Part shown: piece after piece, positions 41,794 to 53,518 of the stretch
Position numbering within the stretch: position 1 is the stretch's first letter
How the letters are laid out: each line of letters begins with the position of its first letter
NCBI GenBank assembly: GCA_963740315.1
Contig: CAVUDP010000002.1
Location: 1,216,001-1,280,000, forward strand
DNA length: 64,000 nucleotides
Direction: 5' to 3'
Origin: an uncultured cyanobacterium
GTDB taxonomy: Bacteria; Cyanobacteriota; Cyanobacteriia; Cyanobacteriales; Nostocaceae
The notes under the pieces: model-generated
Seen by the model: only the letters and a program-made list of their open reading frames with translations
Database searches by the model: none
What the model was told of the DNA's origin: nothing
Program-made: the position numbers and the translations under genes

Positions 41794-42342
41794 CTAAAAC
41801 GGGATGTCATCTTCGGGGATGTCTTCTTCAACCATCGCAGGATAAGTACTAGGTTCGTATGTCGGTTGGGGTGCGGGTTGCGGTTGCCTAATATTATCGG
41901 GTGCGGCGTTAACTTTATTTCTTGGGGGAGCAGTCGCAGCTACGGGAACGGGATTTACCGGAGGTGCTTGAGGTGTCGCGACGGGAATTGTTTGGGTTGG
42001 TTGTGCCTGCATGGGCTGCATCGGAATGGTGTCGAAACCTGCGCCAATATGCTGAATTTGCTGCACTGTCATTTCTGCACGCTTCTCTTTGAAACCTTCG
42101 GGGCGATCGATGGTATTCATAGCCAAACGCCCGATCAAAATAACGCGATCGCCAATATGATAGTTTTGTTGAATTTCTTTGGCTAAGTTTCCCCAACCGA
42201 TCGCTTTTAAGTTGGCTGGAGGATCGCTATCTCGTGTTCCCCAAAACTGTACCAGCATTTCTGTAATTTCTAGCTGATTGTCTGCCGTATACCGCAGTTC
42301 GGGTTCTTGTATTATTTCTGCCATCAATACGCAACTGTTCAT
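41794..42342 (-). CDS. ssb: Single-stranded DNA-binding protein, cyanobacterial paralog
   Basis: PELRYT OB-fold start; Pro/Gln linker; C-terminal DDIPF. Confidence 0.85.
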   Translation of the reverse strand: MNSCVLMAEIIQEPELRYTADNQLEITEMLVQFWGTRDSDPPANLKAIGWGNLAKEIQQNYHIGDRVILIGRLAMNTIDRPEGFKEKRAEMTVQQIQHIGAGFDTIPMQPMQAQPTQTIPVATPQAPPVNPVPVAATAPPRNKVNAAPDNIRQPQPAPQPTYEPSTYPAMVEEDIPEDDIPF

Positions 42343-42730
42343 TTAATTCTCCTGAATGTAGTAAGTTGTCAGTAGGAAATAAGATTTTTAATTATGCTTG
42401 CGTAGTTTACATTTATGTTTAAGTTTTGCTTGTTTTTCAAACTTTCTTAACGAAAAAATCTGTTGATATCACCACGCAAGCTATTTCTATAATAAAAGCC
42501 AAGCCAAAGTTACGAACAGCTATTATCGACCATTCGGTAACTTTGACTGACTGCTGATTCTGCTAATCAGTACTATTGTACCATTGTAGGGAAATTTATC
42601 CGCAACGATTTATTTATGAGTCTATTTACTTTCTTTTAACAAATCAAAGCTGTATTATTAGCGCAAAACGCTCTGCCACCGCAGAATGTTGGTATCAAGA
42701 ATCGAAAAGTATCGAAGTACGGAAGGACTC

Positions 42731-44059
42731 GTGGCGCAAGTTGTTTTAGAAAACGTTTACAAGAGTTTTCCTACCCATAAAGGTGAAATTGTTGCATCGA
42801 ATAATACTCATCGCCCTGAAAGCGTGAATGTATTGCGGCGAATTAGTCTCACTGTAGAAGATGGGGAATTTATGGTACTGGTGGGACCTTCTGGTTGTGG
42901 AAAAAGTACTTTACTGCGGTTGATTGCAGGTTTAGAGGATATTACGGGAGGTAATATCTGGGTAGGAAATAATCTTGTAAACTACCTTCCGCCTTCGCAA
43001 AGAAACATTGCAATGGTGTTTCAAAATTATGCCCTTTATCCCCACATGACGGTGTATGACAACATTGCTTTTGGATTGAGACTGCAAGCAGGAAGGAGAG
43101 AGGGGGAGATAGGGAGATGGGGAGAGAGGGGGAGAGGGGGAAATAGAGAGAAACTACTAAAAATAGCAGAGGATTTATTGGTATCGGTTACGAGAAAGTT
43201 GCCCAAAGGTTTGCGGTACGTTTCGGATCGAGAGCAAGTAGTAGGCGATCGCGTCAGTAATGTAGCTAAGTTGTTGCAAATCGAAGAGTTGTTAAATCGA
43301 TATCCCAAAGAATTATCGGGGGGGCAAAGACAGCGAGTAGCATTAGGAAGGGCGTTAGCGAACAATCCGCAAGTATTTTTGATGGATGAACCGCTTTCTA
43401 ACTTAGATGCAAAATTAAGAACGGCTACCCGCGCTCAAATAGTCAAGCTGCAACGTCAACTAGGTATAACTACAATTTACGTTACCCACGATCGAACAGA
43501 AGCAATGACAATGGGCGATCGCGTAGCAATTCTAAATCGCGGTGAAATAATCCAGGTTGCTCCCCCGTTAGAAATTTATAATCATCCCGCAAACCGTTTC
43601 GTAGCAGAATTTATCGGCTCTCCAGCAATGAATTTTATTGATGTAAAATTTCAGTCGCCATGCTTGATAACTAAAGGCGATTTTCGCTTAACCTTACCAG
43701 AAAATTGGGGTAATGCTTTGCGAAAATACAACGGACGAACCCTAACATTAGGAGTTCGCCCAGAACACTGGAATATAAGCTTACCCGCAACTAAGAATTT
43801 TCCCGCACAAGTAGAATGGATGGAAAATCTCGGTAACGATAATTATTTAGCAGTCAAACTAATTGAAACAAAATTTCAAAGAGAATATTTAGCAACAGAT
43901 GAATTACAAGTAAGAGTAGCCCCAGAAAAACTGGTAAACACGGGAGATAAAGTATGGTTATCCTTAAACCCAGATAAAATTCACTTTTTCGATCCAGAAA
44001 CCGAACTAGCGATATTTCCCAAAAGCAATTCCCCGTCTTTACCGTTTGGGAACAGTTAG
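42731..44059 (+). CDS. Sugar ABC transporter ATP-binding protein (MalK-like); probable start GTG 42731
   Basis: GPSGCGKST, VFQNYALYPHM, LSGGQRQR and DEPLSNLD motifs. Confidence 0.92.
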   Translation: MAQVVLENVYKSFPTHKGEIVASNNTHRPESVNVLRRISLTVEDGEFMVLVGPSGCGKSTLLRLIAGLEDITGGNIWVGNNLVNYLPPSQRNIAMVFQNYALYPHMTVYDNIAFGLRLQAGRREGEIGRWGERGRGGNREKLLKIAEDLLVSVTRKLPKGLRYVSDREQVVGDRVSNVAKLLQIEELLNRYPKELSGGQRQRVALGRALANNPQVFLMDEPLSNLDAKLRTATRAQIVKLQRQLGITTIYVTHDRTEAMTMGDRVAILNRGEIIQVAPPLEIYNHPANRFVAEFIGSPAMNFIDVKFQSPCLITKGDFRLTLPENWGNALRKYNGRTLTLGVRPEHWNISLPATKNFPAQVEWMENLGNDNYLAVKLIETKFQREYLATDELQVRVAPEKLVNTGDKVWLSLNPDKIHFFDPETELAIFPKSNSPSLPFGNS

Positions 44060-44154
44060 CAGTGGGAGAGGGAAAGAGGGGGAGATGGGGGGATGGGGAG
44101 ATGGGGGGATGGGGAGATGGGGGGATGGGGAGAGGGGGAGAAAAACTCTTAACT

Positions 44155-44248
44155 CCAAACTCCATCCGTTGCCAAACTCCATCCGTTGCCAAACTCCATC
44201 CGTTGCCAAACTCCATCCGTTGCCAAACTCCATCCGTTGCCAAACTCC
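44155..44248. repeat. 17-bp tandem repeat CCAAACTCCATCCGTTG x5.5
   Basis: Perfect units at 44155+17n between convergent genes. Confidence 0.95.
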
Positions 44249-44268
44249 CATGCCCCATGCCCAATTCC

Positions 44269-46791
44269 TTAAACTTCCGTTATTTCTTGTTCGGTTTCCA
44301 CAAACTCTTGAACGCGGGCGCGGTATTTTCTTAAGGTTTCGTCTACCCAGTCGCGATCGTTGCTGTTAACGTATAGATGCACTAATGGTTCGCTTGCGTC
44401 TGGTAGCACTAATACCCAACTGTCTTCGTAGGGTTGACAAATTTTCACCCCGTCAATTAATTCCAATTGCTCTTGGGGATGAGTTTCTACTAAGTGACGC
44501 ATTAATGCACCTTTAACCGTCCAAGGACAGCGGGTGGTATAAGTTTTGTGAATAACGCGGGGTAATTCGGAACGGACTGTGGTAAGAGAACGTTCTTGAA
44601 TTGTTAGCATTTCAATCAGCTTGGCAATACAGAACATCGAATCAAATCCCGGATGCAGTGCTGGAACAATAAAGCCCGTGTCGCCACTACCACCTAAAAC
44701 CACATTCGGATTCTTTTGACAAGCTTCCATTAATGCCGTGGAGTTTGCTTTGGTGCGAATCACTTTACCGTCATGACGACGGGCAATTTGTTCTACAGCG
44801 CTAGAAGAATGAACTGGTACGACTACACTTCCTCTGGGGTTGGCAGTTAAAATCATGTCTACCATCAAGGCTGTGAGCATTTCCCCACGAATGGGAATAC
44901 CGGATTCATCAACCAATATCATTTGCTCGCCGTTTGCAGTTACCTGTACGCCAAAGTTAGCTTTGAGTGCTTCAACTACATGACCTAACTGAGTTAACAA
45001 GGCTTCGCGATCGGTTTCTGAGGTGGCGATTTTATTTAAACTGGCATTGAGTACTACCGCATCAGCACCAAATTTATCCAACATCTGCGGTAATACAGCC
45101 CCAGATACTCCATAAACGTAGTCGATTACTACTTTTGCTCGACTGTGGCGGATGGTGTCGATATTTAAGAGATTTTCAAAAGCGCTACAGTAACGATCGA
45201 CTAATTGACTGGGATAGGCAACATTACCTATTTCATCAATTTGCGCCCTTCGCATATCTTCTTTAAAATATGCACCTTCGATTTTCTTTTCTTTGGCTTT
45301 GGGAATATTGATTCCTTTGTTATCCATGAATTCAATCAGGAGATAATCGGCACGGTTGGGATGTACCCGCACGTGAATACCCCCTGCTACGTTCATATTA
45401 GGTATGATGGTACGGGCGATCGGTAAAGCTGTTGCATCCAGGTTTTGAATTTCGATACCTACGGACATCAAACCAGCAATCAATGACCGAGTTACCATGC
45501 GGGAGATAGTCCGCTGATCTCTGGAAACCGTAACTTGGCAACCTGGTTTCAAAGTAGAACCATAAGCAGCACCCAACTTCACGGCAAATTCTGGGGTAAT
45601 ATCAATATTTGCCGATCCTTGCACGCCGCGCTGTCCAAATAGGTTGCGTTGGGCGGTGTTACCCCAAATCAAGTTTATATTTAAGATTGCACCGGACTCA
45701 ATCTTTTTACTGGGCCATACGCGCACGCCGGGACTAATTTGCGCTTCTTCTCCCACCGTGGAAAGCGAACCAACTACCGCTGCTTCCAGTACGTGAGCGC
45801 GACGATCTACACGGGTACCGCGAGAAATTACGCAGGCACTTAATTGAGCTTCATCCCCAACTATTGCCCCATTCCATACTATTGGACGTTTCAAATTGGC
45901 ATCGGCACCAATGGTAACGTTATCTCCAATCACGGTTCCGGCTTCGATCTGGACTCTATGACCTATACGGCAGTTGTCGCCAATTAAAGCTGGTGTTTCA
46001 ATTACCGCTGAAGATTCGATGTGAGTATTTTGACCAACCCACAAGCCGGGAGAAGTTTCTTTATAGGGAAAATCAGCTTTGACTTTACGGTTAAGTACAT
46101 CATACTGAGCTTCGCGGTAAGCATCTAAATGCCCGACATCGCACCAGTAACCGGAAGCAACGTAACCAAACATTGGTTCGCCTTTTTCTAGCAGTAGGGG
46201 GAATAAATCCTTGGAAAAGTCCGATTCTTGGTTGGCTGGGAGATATTCCAAAACTTCGGGTTCTAAAATATAAGCGCCAGTATTAACCGTATCAGAAAAA
46301 ATTTCGCTGGTGGAAGGTTTTTCTAAAAAGCGTTTGATGCTTCCTTCTTCGTCAGTAATAACCACTCCAAATTCAATTGGATTGGGAACGCGGGTCAAAA
46401 TTAAAGTTGCTTTGGATTTTCTTTCTTTGTGATATTTAATTGCTGCTGTTAAGTCAAAATCAGTAATACTATCGCCACTGATTACCAAAAACGTATCATC
46501 TAGCAACTCAGCAATGTTCTTTACACAACCCGCCGTACCTAGAGGCTGGTCTTCTTCCACAGCATAAGTCATCTGTACGCCAAAATCGCTACCATCTTGA
46601 AAGTAGTCTCGCATTGTATCTGGTAAATAATGCAAGGTAGCAATAATTTCTGTAATGTCGTGCCGTTTGAGAAGATTGATAATATGCTCGGCAATTGGTC
46701 GATTGAGGATAGGCACCATTGGTTTGGGTAAGTCACAAGTTAACGGACGAAGCCGCGTTCCGGAACCTCCAGCCATAAGTACTGCTCGCAT
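44269..46791 (-). CDS. Mannose-1-phosphate guanylyltransferase / phosphomannomutase-like fusion
   Basis: [16 protein letters not shown]; hexapeptide region; LFGQRGV PGM/PMM-like domain. Confidence 0.9.
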   Translation of the reverse strand: MRAVLMAGGSGTRLRPLTCDLPKPMVPILNRPIAEHIINLLKRHDITEIIATLHYLPDTMRDYFQDGSDFGVQMTYAVEEDQPLGTAGCVKNIAELLDDTFLVISGDSITDFDLTAAIKYHKERKSKATLILTRVPNPIEFGVVITDEEGSIKRFLEKPSTSEIFSDTVNTGAYILEPEVLEYLPANQESDFSKDLFPLLLEKGEPMFGYVASGYWCDVGHLDAYREAQYDVLNRKVKADFPYKETSPGLWVGQNTHIESSAVIETPALIGDNCRIGHRVQIEAGTVIGDNVTIGADANLKRPIVWNGAIVGDEAQLSACVISRGTRVDRRAHVLEAAVVGSLSTVGEEAQISPGVRVWPSKKIESGAILNINLIWGNTAQRNLFGQRGVQGSANIDITPEFAVKLGAAYGSTLKPGCQVTVSRDQRTISRMVTRSLIAGLMSVGIEIQNLDATALPIARTIIPNMNVAGGIHVRVHPNRADYLLIEFMDNKGINIPKAKEKKIEGAYFKEDMRRAQIDEIGNVAYPSQLVDRYCSAFENLLNIDTIRHSRAKVVIDYVYGVSGAVLPQMLDKFGADAVVLNASLNKIATSETDREALLTQLGHVVEALKANFGVQVTANGEQMILVDESGIPIRGEMLTALMVDMILTANPRGSVVVPVHSSSAVEQIARRHDGKVIRTKANSTALMEACQKNPNVVLGGSGDTGFIVPALHPGFDSMFCIAKLIEMLTIQERSLTTVRSELPRVIHKTYTTRCPWTVKGALMRHLVETHPQEQLELIDGVKICQPYEDSWVLVLPDASEPLVHLYVNSNDRDWVDETLRKYRARVQEFVETEQEITEV

Positions 46792-47121
46792 AAATCCTCC
46801 ATTTTATTGGTTTCTAAGAATCGTAGCTTTACGAATGGTATTGAATTGAATCGATCGCTGATAAGTTACTAAGATGAAAAACTTCCAGCCCTCAATTGAC
46901 GGTCTTTCGTTTGAAAATTAAAGTTATCTCACTCTATATCTAGTTTCCTATGAATGTTGAAATTTAGGGAACTTCCTCAAGATGCATATGGTCATATTCA
47001 GATTATCTATAATTTCGGCGCATCTTAACAAACAAAAGATATTATGGTTTTGATTTAAATTGAATAAGTTGAAAATAAGCTGTTAAAAAAGCGGGTTTTT
47101 TCAAAAAAGCGAGTTTCTATC

Positions 47122-48240
47122 CTAAATCGAGTTAATACTTCCAGCGCGAGATAACCACACATTACGAACATCTTCTGACATTTGAAGTGATTTAAGAAAT
47201 TCTTGCACCGATTCCAATTTCCACTCCAAGGGTGCAATATGCTGTATCGGACATTCACCGATCGCGTAACGAAGAATTGCCTCGCACAACGCCGCAGCTT
47301 CTACAATCGGCTGTGAATCGAGCCAAACTGGAAAAATTCGAGCTTCAAAGGTAAGTTTATCTGGAATGGGATGAATTAAATTTTTTAAGTTAAAGTCACA
47401 GTATTTTGTTAATTCAAGTTTTGCAACCCGCGCTTTTACTTGTTGCCACGGTAATTCTCGAAAGCCTGATTCGTTAACTAATTTTAGTAAAGCTATATCG
47501 TAGTTTCCCAAACGCCGGCATTTAGCGTTAGTTCCTACCAATCTTTTCAGATTTCCCCCATGTGCGTGAAAAACATTAACTAAATTAGCAAACACATTCG
47601 CAGAACATAAAGGTACAGCATCAAAATGGATATGAGTTGCACCTTCAGCGGGGACGGTGAAATTAAGTAGACGTGCTGTTGTTAAAAGAACTTCTAATTT
47701 TTCTAAATGATTTGTATCAATAGGCGGTGAAATTAGCTCGCAGGGGCGTTCTCGTTCTCCCGGTAAAGATGCGGCGATCGCAATGGGATTACCTGTATTA
47801 TCAGCAACCCGCATCATTCCTTCTACTCCCTCTTCTACACGAGTCCCAAATAAATCGGCGATCGGGTGAAGAACTTCAAATTGATTTTTTTCGGCGTTTG
47901 CTTGACAACTTATTAATTGCAAAAATCGGGTATCGTCGCTAACAATCCTATACCATCCCGGTTGCGGTGGCTGCGATTTATTTAGATCATCTTGAAGAGT
48001 TAAATCGTCAACGCATTTAGCAATTAAATTTCCTTGTTTATCGATAACTTCAAAACCCAAAGTCAGATTGTGAAATAAAGGCTTTCCCGGAACGAGGCTG
48101 GGTTCGGATTGGGGATAAAATATCCGACGCACTAAACCATCATTTGCTTGTGCGATCGACTCCGCTAAATCTTTTCTGCTCAATCCGAGTGGTGCTAATA
48201 ATTCAATTTCACAGCCGATTTTCCAATTTAATGTAGACAT
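47122..48240 (-). CDS. Amidoligase (COOH-NH2 ligase type 2) family protein
   Basis: GCEIE, ELISPP, THIH, KY..FN and TFEAR motifs. Confidence 0.75.
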   Translation of the reverse strand: MSTLNWKIGCEIELLAPLGLSRKDLAESIAQANDGLVRRIFYPQSEPSLVPGKPLFHNLTLGFEVIDKQGNLIAKCVDDLTLQDDLNKSQPPQPGWYRIVSDDTRFLQLISCQANAEKNQFEVLHPIADLFGTRVEEGVEGMMRVADNTGNPIAIAASLPGERERPCELISPPIDTNHLEKLEVLLTTARLLNFTVPAEGATHIHFDAVPLCSANVFANLVNVFHAHGGNLKRLVGTNAKCRRLGNYDIALLKLVNESGFRELPWQQVKARVAKLELTKYCDFNLKNLIHPIPDKLTFEARIFPVWLDSQPIVEAAALCEAILRYAIGECPIQHIAPLEWKLESVQEFLKSLQMSEDVRNVWLSRAGSINSI

Positions 48241-48256
48241 AAATATAGTTAGTTGT

Positions 48257-48410
48257 TAGAGGTTTGAAAAGTATCTTTTTTAACGCAATTCTCGGATTAT
48301 CCCCCCTTCCCCCCTTACAAAGGGGGGTTAAAGTCCCCCTTTTTTAAGGGGAATTTAGGGGGATCTAAAAGTTGGCGAGTTTTATTTATAACTTGGAAAA
48401 CATCCTCTTA
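48257..48410. mobile_element. MITE-like element (same family as 25410)
   Basis: Approximate reverse complement of 25410-25566. Confidence 0.7.
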
Positions 48411-48486
48411 GAGATGATTAAATAAAAAAAAGGTAGGCTATAAGCCCACCACCATAAATCAAGTATCTTGAATAACGAACAAAATT

Positions 48487-49032
48487 TTATCTTTTAGTTC
48501 GTTGCAGCGCTTGTTGAATCACCTCTGGTTGTCCTAAAATTAAATTCTTCTCAATACGTATTTTTGCTTCATAAGGTGAAGAATCACCCCAAAGTTTAGC
48601 CAGCTTTTCAGCGTCATTGTAATTATATGTTGATTCGCCATACAATTCTAAAGAAGGACTAGAACTCTGCATTTTCTGCAAAGCTTTAAATCTTGCATCT
48701 ACAAGAAATTGTTCGAGAATCGCAACATCCGATTTACCCCAAAGAATTTTTCGACCAATTCTAGCCTTGGCTTCGTATGCCGATTGTCCCCAATAATCCC
48801 CAAGTACGCGAGCATCCCAATAATCATATTTACTATTGGAAAAAGCATTTATTTCTCTATTTTTAGTTTGCTTAGCCGATGCCTTGATAAAATCGTTTTG
48901 TTTAAGGCTTAAAGAATTTTTCGGTGAAGCTTGATTGGGTATTTGAGCAGTAACAGCACTAATAGTACTAACTGAACTTAAAACCAATCCCAAAGATAAT
49001 AATAAGACTTTCAAATTACATTTCATCTTCAA
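48487..49032 (-). CDS. Secreted hypothetical protein with two internal repeats
   Basis: Signal peptide; Y.Y.DA..L...WG...YEAK.RI occurs twice. Confidence 0.75.
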   Translation of the reverse strand: MKMKCNLKVLLLSLGLVLSSVSTISAVTAQIPNQASPKNSLSLKQNDFIKASAKQTKNREINAFSNSKYDYWDARVLGDYWGQSAYEAKARIGRKILWGKSDVAILEQFLVDARFKALQKMQSSSPSLELYGESTYNYNDAEKLAKLWGDSSPYEAKIRIEKNLILGQPEVIQQALQRTKR

Positions 49033-49359
49033 TTTCTCCTAATTTTTCTAATTTAGATACCAATTTTCGTCGCAATTTTAAATACAACCTGTATAAAAGC
49101 TTTTAGTTAAAAAATCGCTTTCTATTTTTATATACAGCTAGCAACTTAGTAATTTCTGAAAACTACAGAAAGATTTGTTTGTAGTAAGGGCTTTAGCCCT
49201 TTACCAGAAAAGGATGTGCATTCCTCACTACGAACCAACTAAATATGCTATGTAAAAAATAAACTATTTTCAAAAAAAAAGATTCAGCAAGATTGCATAG
49301 TGTTTTTTTTGATATTTTTTTTTAATATTACGAAAATATACTTATTTGTATTACAAAAA

Positions 49360-50574
49360 TCAAGATTTAAAATCTTGCTGTATCCATTCCAAATGCTTAG
49401 GTAATAACTGCGCTAAGTCATACTTTTGTAAAATAGTTTCCCGCGCTTGCTCTCGAATTGAAGACATCTTGTCAGAATTATCAAGTACTTCGAGGACGCG
49501 ATCGCATATTTCCTGGGGTGAAAAGAAATCCACCAACAAACCATTAACATCATCTTCAATTACTTCGGTAACTGGTGCGGTGTTGGAAGCAACTATTAAA
49601 CAACCTGTAGATAAAGCTTCCAACATTGACCAAGATAAAACAAAAGGACGAGTTAAATAAATGTGAACTGAGGAAGCTTGCAATACTTGCAGATATTCAC
49701 CGTAGGGCAGCAAACCTGTAAAATGAACTCTTGTTAAATCTAACGGTACTTTTTCGAGCATTAACTGTTTATAAGTACGATTGTCGGGAAGTTGTTTTCC
49801 GTAAGCAACTCTGTCTTCTCCGACAATTACCGCATGACAAGAGCGTCTTTTTTGTTGAAGCAGCGCAACGGTTTCGATAAACTGCGGAAAACCTCGATAA
49901 GGTTCCATACCCCGCGCAACATAAGTAATAATTTCTTCTACTCCAGACAAGTCTAAATTAATTCGCGGTATAACTAACTTTGCTCCGGGCTTTGGTTGAA
50001 AATAGTTTGTATCGATCCCATCATGAGATACGGTAATTTTACTTTGATATTCACCAGGAAACTGCTGACGCTGCCAATTAGTAGGAGACAAACCGCGATC
50101 GCAACTGTATAAGTCAATTAAAATAGGAGCATTCTTGATCCGAATCCGAGCTTCATCATCGGGATTTAAGGGATCTGTAGGATCGAAATCAGCGTCGGAA
50201 CCATGCGATCGATAAAACCATTCAAAATAACAAAGCAAAGTAGCATTCGGAAAAGCATCTTTAATAAATAATGTCGGACCCCAACCCGAATGACCGTAAA
50301 CTATATCTGGGATAAAACCCCTTTGTTTTAATTCTTCAGCTAAACGATAAACACCTTGTCCTTGAAGAACAGCTTTTTCTAAAGGTTCGACATAGTGGTG
50401 AGTTTCAGGACGAGCTTCTCGACTAGAACTATAAATAGCTTTAAAAACTCCAGGTAGAGAACCTTCACGGCGATTAGTACCAAACAAGACTTGATTATTT
50501 GGATTCTGTGCCAAAGCTACAGCCAAATGACGAAACTGAGCCGGAAAATTAGAATGTAAAAATAAAATACGCAT
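49360..50574 (-). CDS. Glycosyltransferase family 4
   Basis: HSNFPAQF, HSGWG, RGMEPYRGF and SWSMLEA motifs. Confidence 0.9.
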   Translation of the reverse strand: MRILFLHSNFPAQFRHLAVALAQNPNNQVLFGTNRREGSLPGVFKAIYSSSREARPETHHYVEPLEKAVLQGQGVYRLAEELKQRGFIPDIVYGHSGWGPTLFIKDAFPNATLLCYFEWFYRSHGSDADFDPTDPLNPDDEARIRIKNAPILIDLYSCDRGLSPTNWQRQQFPGEYQSKITVSHDGIDTNYFQPKPGAKLVIPRINLDLSGVEEIITYVARGMEPYRGFPQFIETVALLQQKRRSCHAVIVGEDRVAYGKQLPDNRTYKQLMLEKVPLDLTRVHFTGLLPYGEYLQVLQASSVHIYLTRPFVLSWSMLEALSTGCLIVASNTAPVTEVIEDDVNGLLVDFFSPQEICDRVLEVLDNSDKMSSIREQARETILQKYDLAQLLPKHLEWIQQDFKS

Positions 50575-50723
50575 TTTCAGTGAGCAGTGAGCAGTGAGCA
50601 GTGAGCAGTTATCACATGATACGGGCGTATATCAATTGCGTTTCATTCTTCATTGTTAAAATGTTGAATTTCTAAAAAACTTGGTTATTTAAGCACGGTA
50701 TTGTAAACGAAACAAAACTTTAC

Positions 50724-51224
50724 TCAACTTGCATAGGTTCCTTGGAATAAATACCAATTCTTCTTCAATTTTTTCACAGTCATCCTGGGATCAAAAGTTG
50801 GTGTAGTCTTATAAACCAAAAAAATTCGAGAGCCGTATCTGTCAGAACCTTTAAAGTATGTGAAATAAACAGAAACGCCACTTGAATTTTTAGAATAGGT
50901 CGTTTCACCTAACCATGTATTTTCAATCTTGATGTTTTCTTGAACAAATTTATTCACCATCTGTTGCCGAGCAGTAAATGTCATCACAAAGTTGAACTTT
51001 GGAATAGCGAGAAAACAAATATATAATATTATCGCCCCTGTCAGTATCTCTAAACCGTATCTCCACAGCCTATACCTACTGCGTCGAATAAGAATTATCA
51101 AGGATGACACAACCAGAAAACCTATAGTTAAGAGCAGAAGCTGATAAAAGAAAAAAATAAATGTCGCTAGCTGAAAAAGTACGTAAAGAAATATAAATAT
51201 CAAGAATAAGCATAAAGTAAGCAT
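50724..51224 (-). CDS. Hypothetical membrane protein
   Basis: 3 hydrophobic N-terminal helices; AT-rich. Confidence 0.55.
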   Translation of the reverse strand: MLTLCLFLIFIFLYVLFQLATFIFFFYQLLLLTIGFLVVSSLIILIRRSRYRLWRYGLEILTGAIILYICFLAIPKFNFVMTFTARQQMVNKFVQENIKIENTWLGETTYSKNSSGVSVYFTYFKGSDRYGSRIFLVYKTTPTFDPRMTVKKLKKNWYLFQGTYAS

Positions 51225-51395
51225 AAAATAAATAAAAAAGGAGACGGAGTAGGCGCTTGAAGATTTTTAATATTTCCTGTATATAATTTGTTGTTCAAGG
51301 ATAATGATTACTCGTTAAACTTGACAACCGACCTCAAAGTTACTCAACATAAGTACATTTCCGAATATATCATCACTTCCGCCATCAGATACTGA

Positions 51396-51620
51396 CATCA
51401 AATCCCTACAGAAAATGGTTCTTTAGAATCGAGTCAATTCTCTATTGTTGATAATGATGCAGCAGTAGAAAGTAGTAGTGGTTTTATTACCTATAGCTTA
51501 GAAACTGGTAATTTGTTCTATAACCAAAACGGTGCTGAAGAAGGTTTGGGAGATGGAAGTCAATTTGCCACACTCCAAGGTATTCCGCCTTTAGCAGAGA
51601 CAGATTTTATTATTAGTTAG
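51396..51620 (+). pseudogene. Orphan C-terminal domain of an RTX/calcium-binding secreted protein
   Basis: Start-less frame ...FITYSLETGNLFYNQNGAEEGLGDGSQFATLQGIPPLAETDFIIS*. Confidence 0.7.
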
Positions 51621-51775
51621 GAATAGGTAATTGGTAATAGGTAATTGGTAATAAAGAAAAGTTAGGAGTTAGGAGTTATGAATATAGTGGGAGCGTCTCG
51701 CTCCCTGCTAAATACATTCTTCAGCTTTCACCTTGTCCCCTTCTCCCCTTCTCCCCTTGTCCCCCCATCCCCCCA

Positions 51776-53341
51776 TCACTCCTCCATTTCCATATCAATA
51801 TCATCCATCTCCAAATCTTCATCCGTCAAAGTTTGCTGCGGTATTGCTGCAATAATCGCGTCTATCACTTTGGAAACCTGGATAATTTCTATATCTAATT
51901 CGGGAAATTTCTGTCCTTTAGGAACGATCGCTCTTTGAAATCCCAGTTTTGCTGCTTCTTTTAACCGTAATTCCATTTGCGATACCGATCGCACTTGTCC
52001 CCCTAAACCGACTTCACCAATTAATACGGTACCGGAGTCTACAATTCGATCTCGGAAACTGGCAACGATGGCGATCGCAACTCCTAAATCGACTGCTGGC
52101 TCTTCTACGCTTAACCCTCCAGCGGAAGCGACGTAAGAATCCAGTTTGGACATGGGGATTCCGACTCGTTTTTCCAACACTGCTAAAATTTGGACCAAAC
52201 GACTATAATCTACTCCGGTACAGGCTCGACGCGGAGAAGTGTAACTTGTCGGACTTACCAAAGCTTGTAATTCCACAACAATGGGACGAGTACCTTCGCA
52301 AGCTACTACAATCGCAGTACCCGGTGCTGGATCGTCGCGACTACCTAAAAATAATTCGCTGGGGTTGGGGACTTCTCGCAAACCGTTCGCAACCATTTCA
52401 AAGATACCAATTTCATGGGTAGCACCAAAACGGTTTTTTACAGTTCTCAATAATCTGTGAGAAGCAAACCTGTCTCCTTCAAAATAGAGTACGGTGTCAA
52501 CCAAGTGTTCCAGAACTTTGGGACCTGCGATCGCGCCTTCTTTGGTAACGTGTCCTACTATTAACATGGTGATGTCTTCATGCTTTGCCACTTTCATCAA
52601 AGCCGCAGTACATTCGCGCACCTGTGCTACCGAACCTGGTGCAGAAGTTAAGGCTGGGAAAAATACCGTTTGAATACTATCAATTACTGCTAAATTTGGT
52701 CTGAGAGATTCAATTTCTTTTAAAATTTCTTCTAAGTCTGTTTCGGGTAAGATATATAAATCGCTATCAGGCTTGGCAGTTTTACCATTTTTTTCAGTTT
52801 CTTCAGTCTTTTGAGTCTCTAAGATTTCTACCGTAACTTTGCCATTACTATTTGCTTCTTGACTCAGTTCCTGAGCAACACCCAAACGCGAACCCCTTAA
52901 CTTAACTTGTTGTGCAGATTCTTCTCCAGAGATATAAAGAACGCGATAGTTTTGAGACAATGCATTTGATACTTGCAATAGCAAAGTAGATTTACCGATA
53001 CCTGGGTCGCCACCAATTAACACCATAGAACCCGGAACCACCCCACCACCCAAAACCCGATCTAATTCTCCATAACCAGAACTCCAACGTTCAACTTGGC
53101 GATCGCTAATTTGGTCAAGTTTTAAAGATGCTCGCGGCTTGGCTGGTTTATTGGAAGTTTTCTTCTTGCTCATCTGAGCGTGCCAAGCACCCACACCCCG
53201 AGAAGGTATATCCGTCGAGGATTGTACGGCAATTTCCTCTTGTAAAGAGTTGTAGGTTTCGCAAGCTGGACACTTACCTAACCATTGAGGGGTTTCCGCA
53301 CCACACTCAGAACAAACGTAATAGGTTTTTGGCTTTGCCAT
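51776..53341 (-). CDS. radA: DNA repair protein RadA/Sms
   Basis: C4 zinc finger; GDPGIGKST; KNRFG. Confidence 0.97.
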   Translation of the reverse strand: MAKPKTYYVCSECGAETPQWLGKCPACETYNSLQEEIAVQSSTDIPSRGVGAWHAQMSKKKTSNKPAKPRASLKLDQISDRQVERWSSGYGELDRVLGGGVVPGSMVLIGGDPGIGKSTLLLQVSNALSQNYRVLYISGEESAQQVKLRGSRLGVAQELSQEANSNGKVTVEILETQKTEETEKNGKTAKPDSDLYILPETDLEEILKEIESLRPNLAVIDSIQTVFFPALTSAPGSVAQVRECTAALMKVAKHEDITMLIVGHVTKEGAIAGPKVLEHLVDTVLYFEGDRFASHRLLRTVKNRFGATHEIGIFEMVANGLREVPNPSELFLGSRDDPAPGTAIVVACEGTRPIVVELQALVSPTSYTSPRRACTGVDYSRLVQILAVLEKRVGIPMSKLDSYVASAGGLSVEEPAVDLGVAIAIVASFRDRIVDSGTVLIGEVGLGGQVRSVSQMELRLKEAAKLGFQRAIVPKGQKFPELDIEIIQVSKVIDAIIAAIPQQTLTDEDLEMDDIDMEMEE

Positions 53342-53518
53342 TCTTAATCTTATTAAATAAACTTAAATAATCTTAATTTTCTTTTAAGTTCTTGAACGAA
53401 GCAAAATCTAATAATAGTAATAAGTTCAAGGTTTTTACGAATGAATAATTGGAATGATATCTTAATAATATGGTACTAAAAATTAATCTAGAAAAACTTT
53501 AGTTAAGGAGCGTTGAGA

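Noticed and set aside
53352..53382. HLR1-like direct repeats upstream of rpaB
   Set aside because: TTAAATAA repeats lack the TTACA core; cannot be distinguished from AT-rich background
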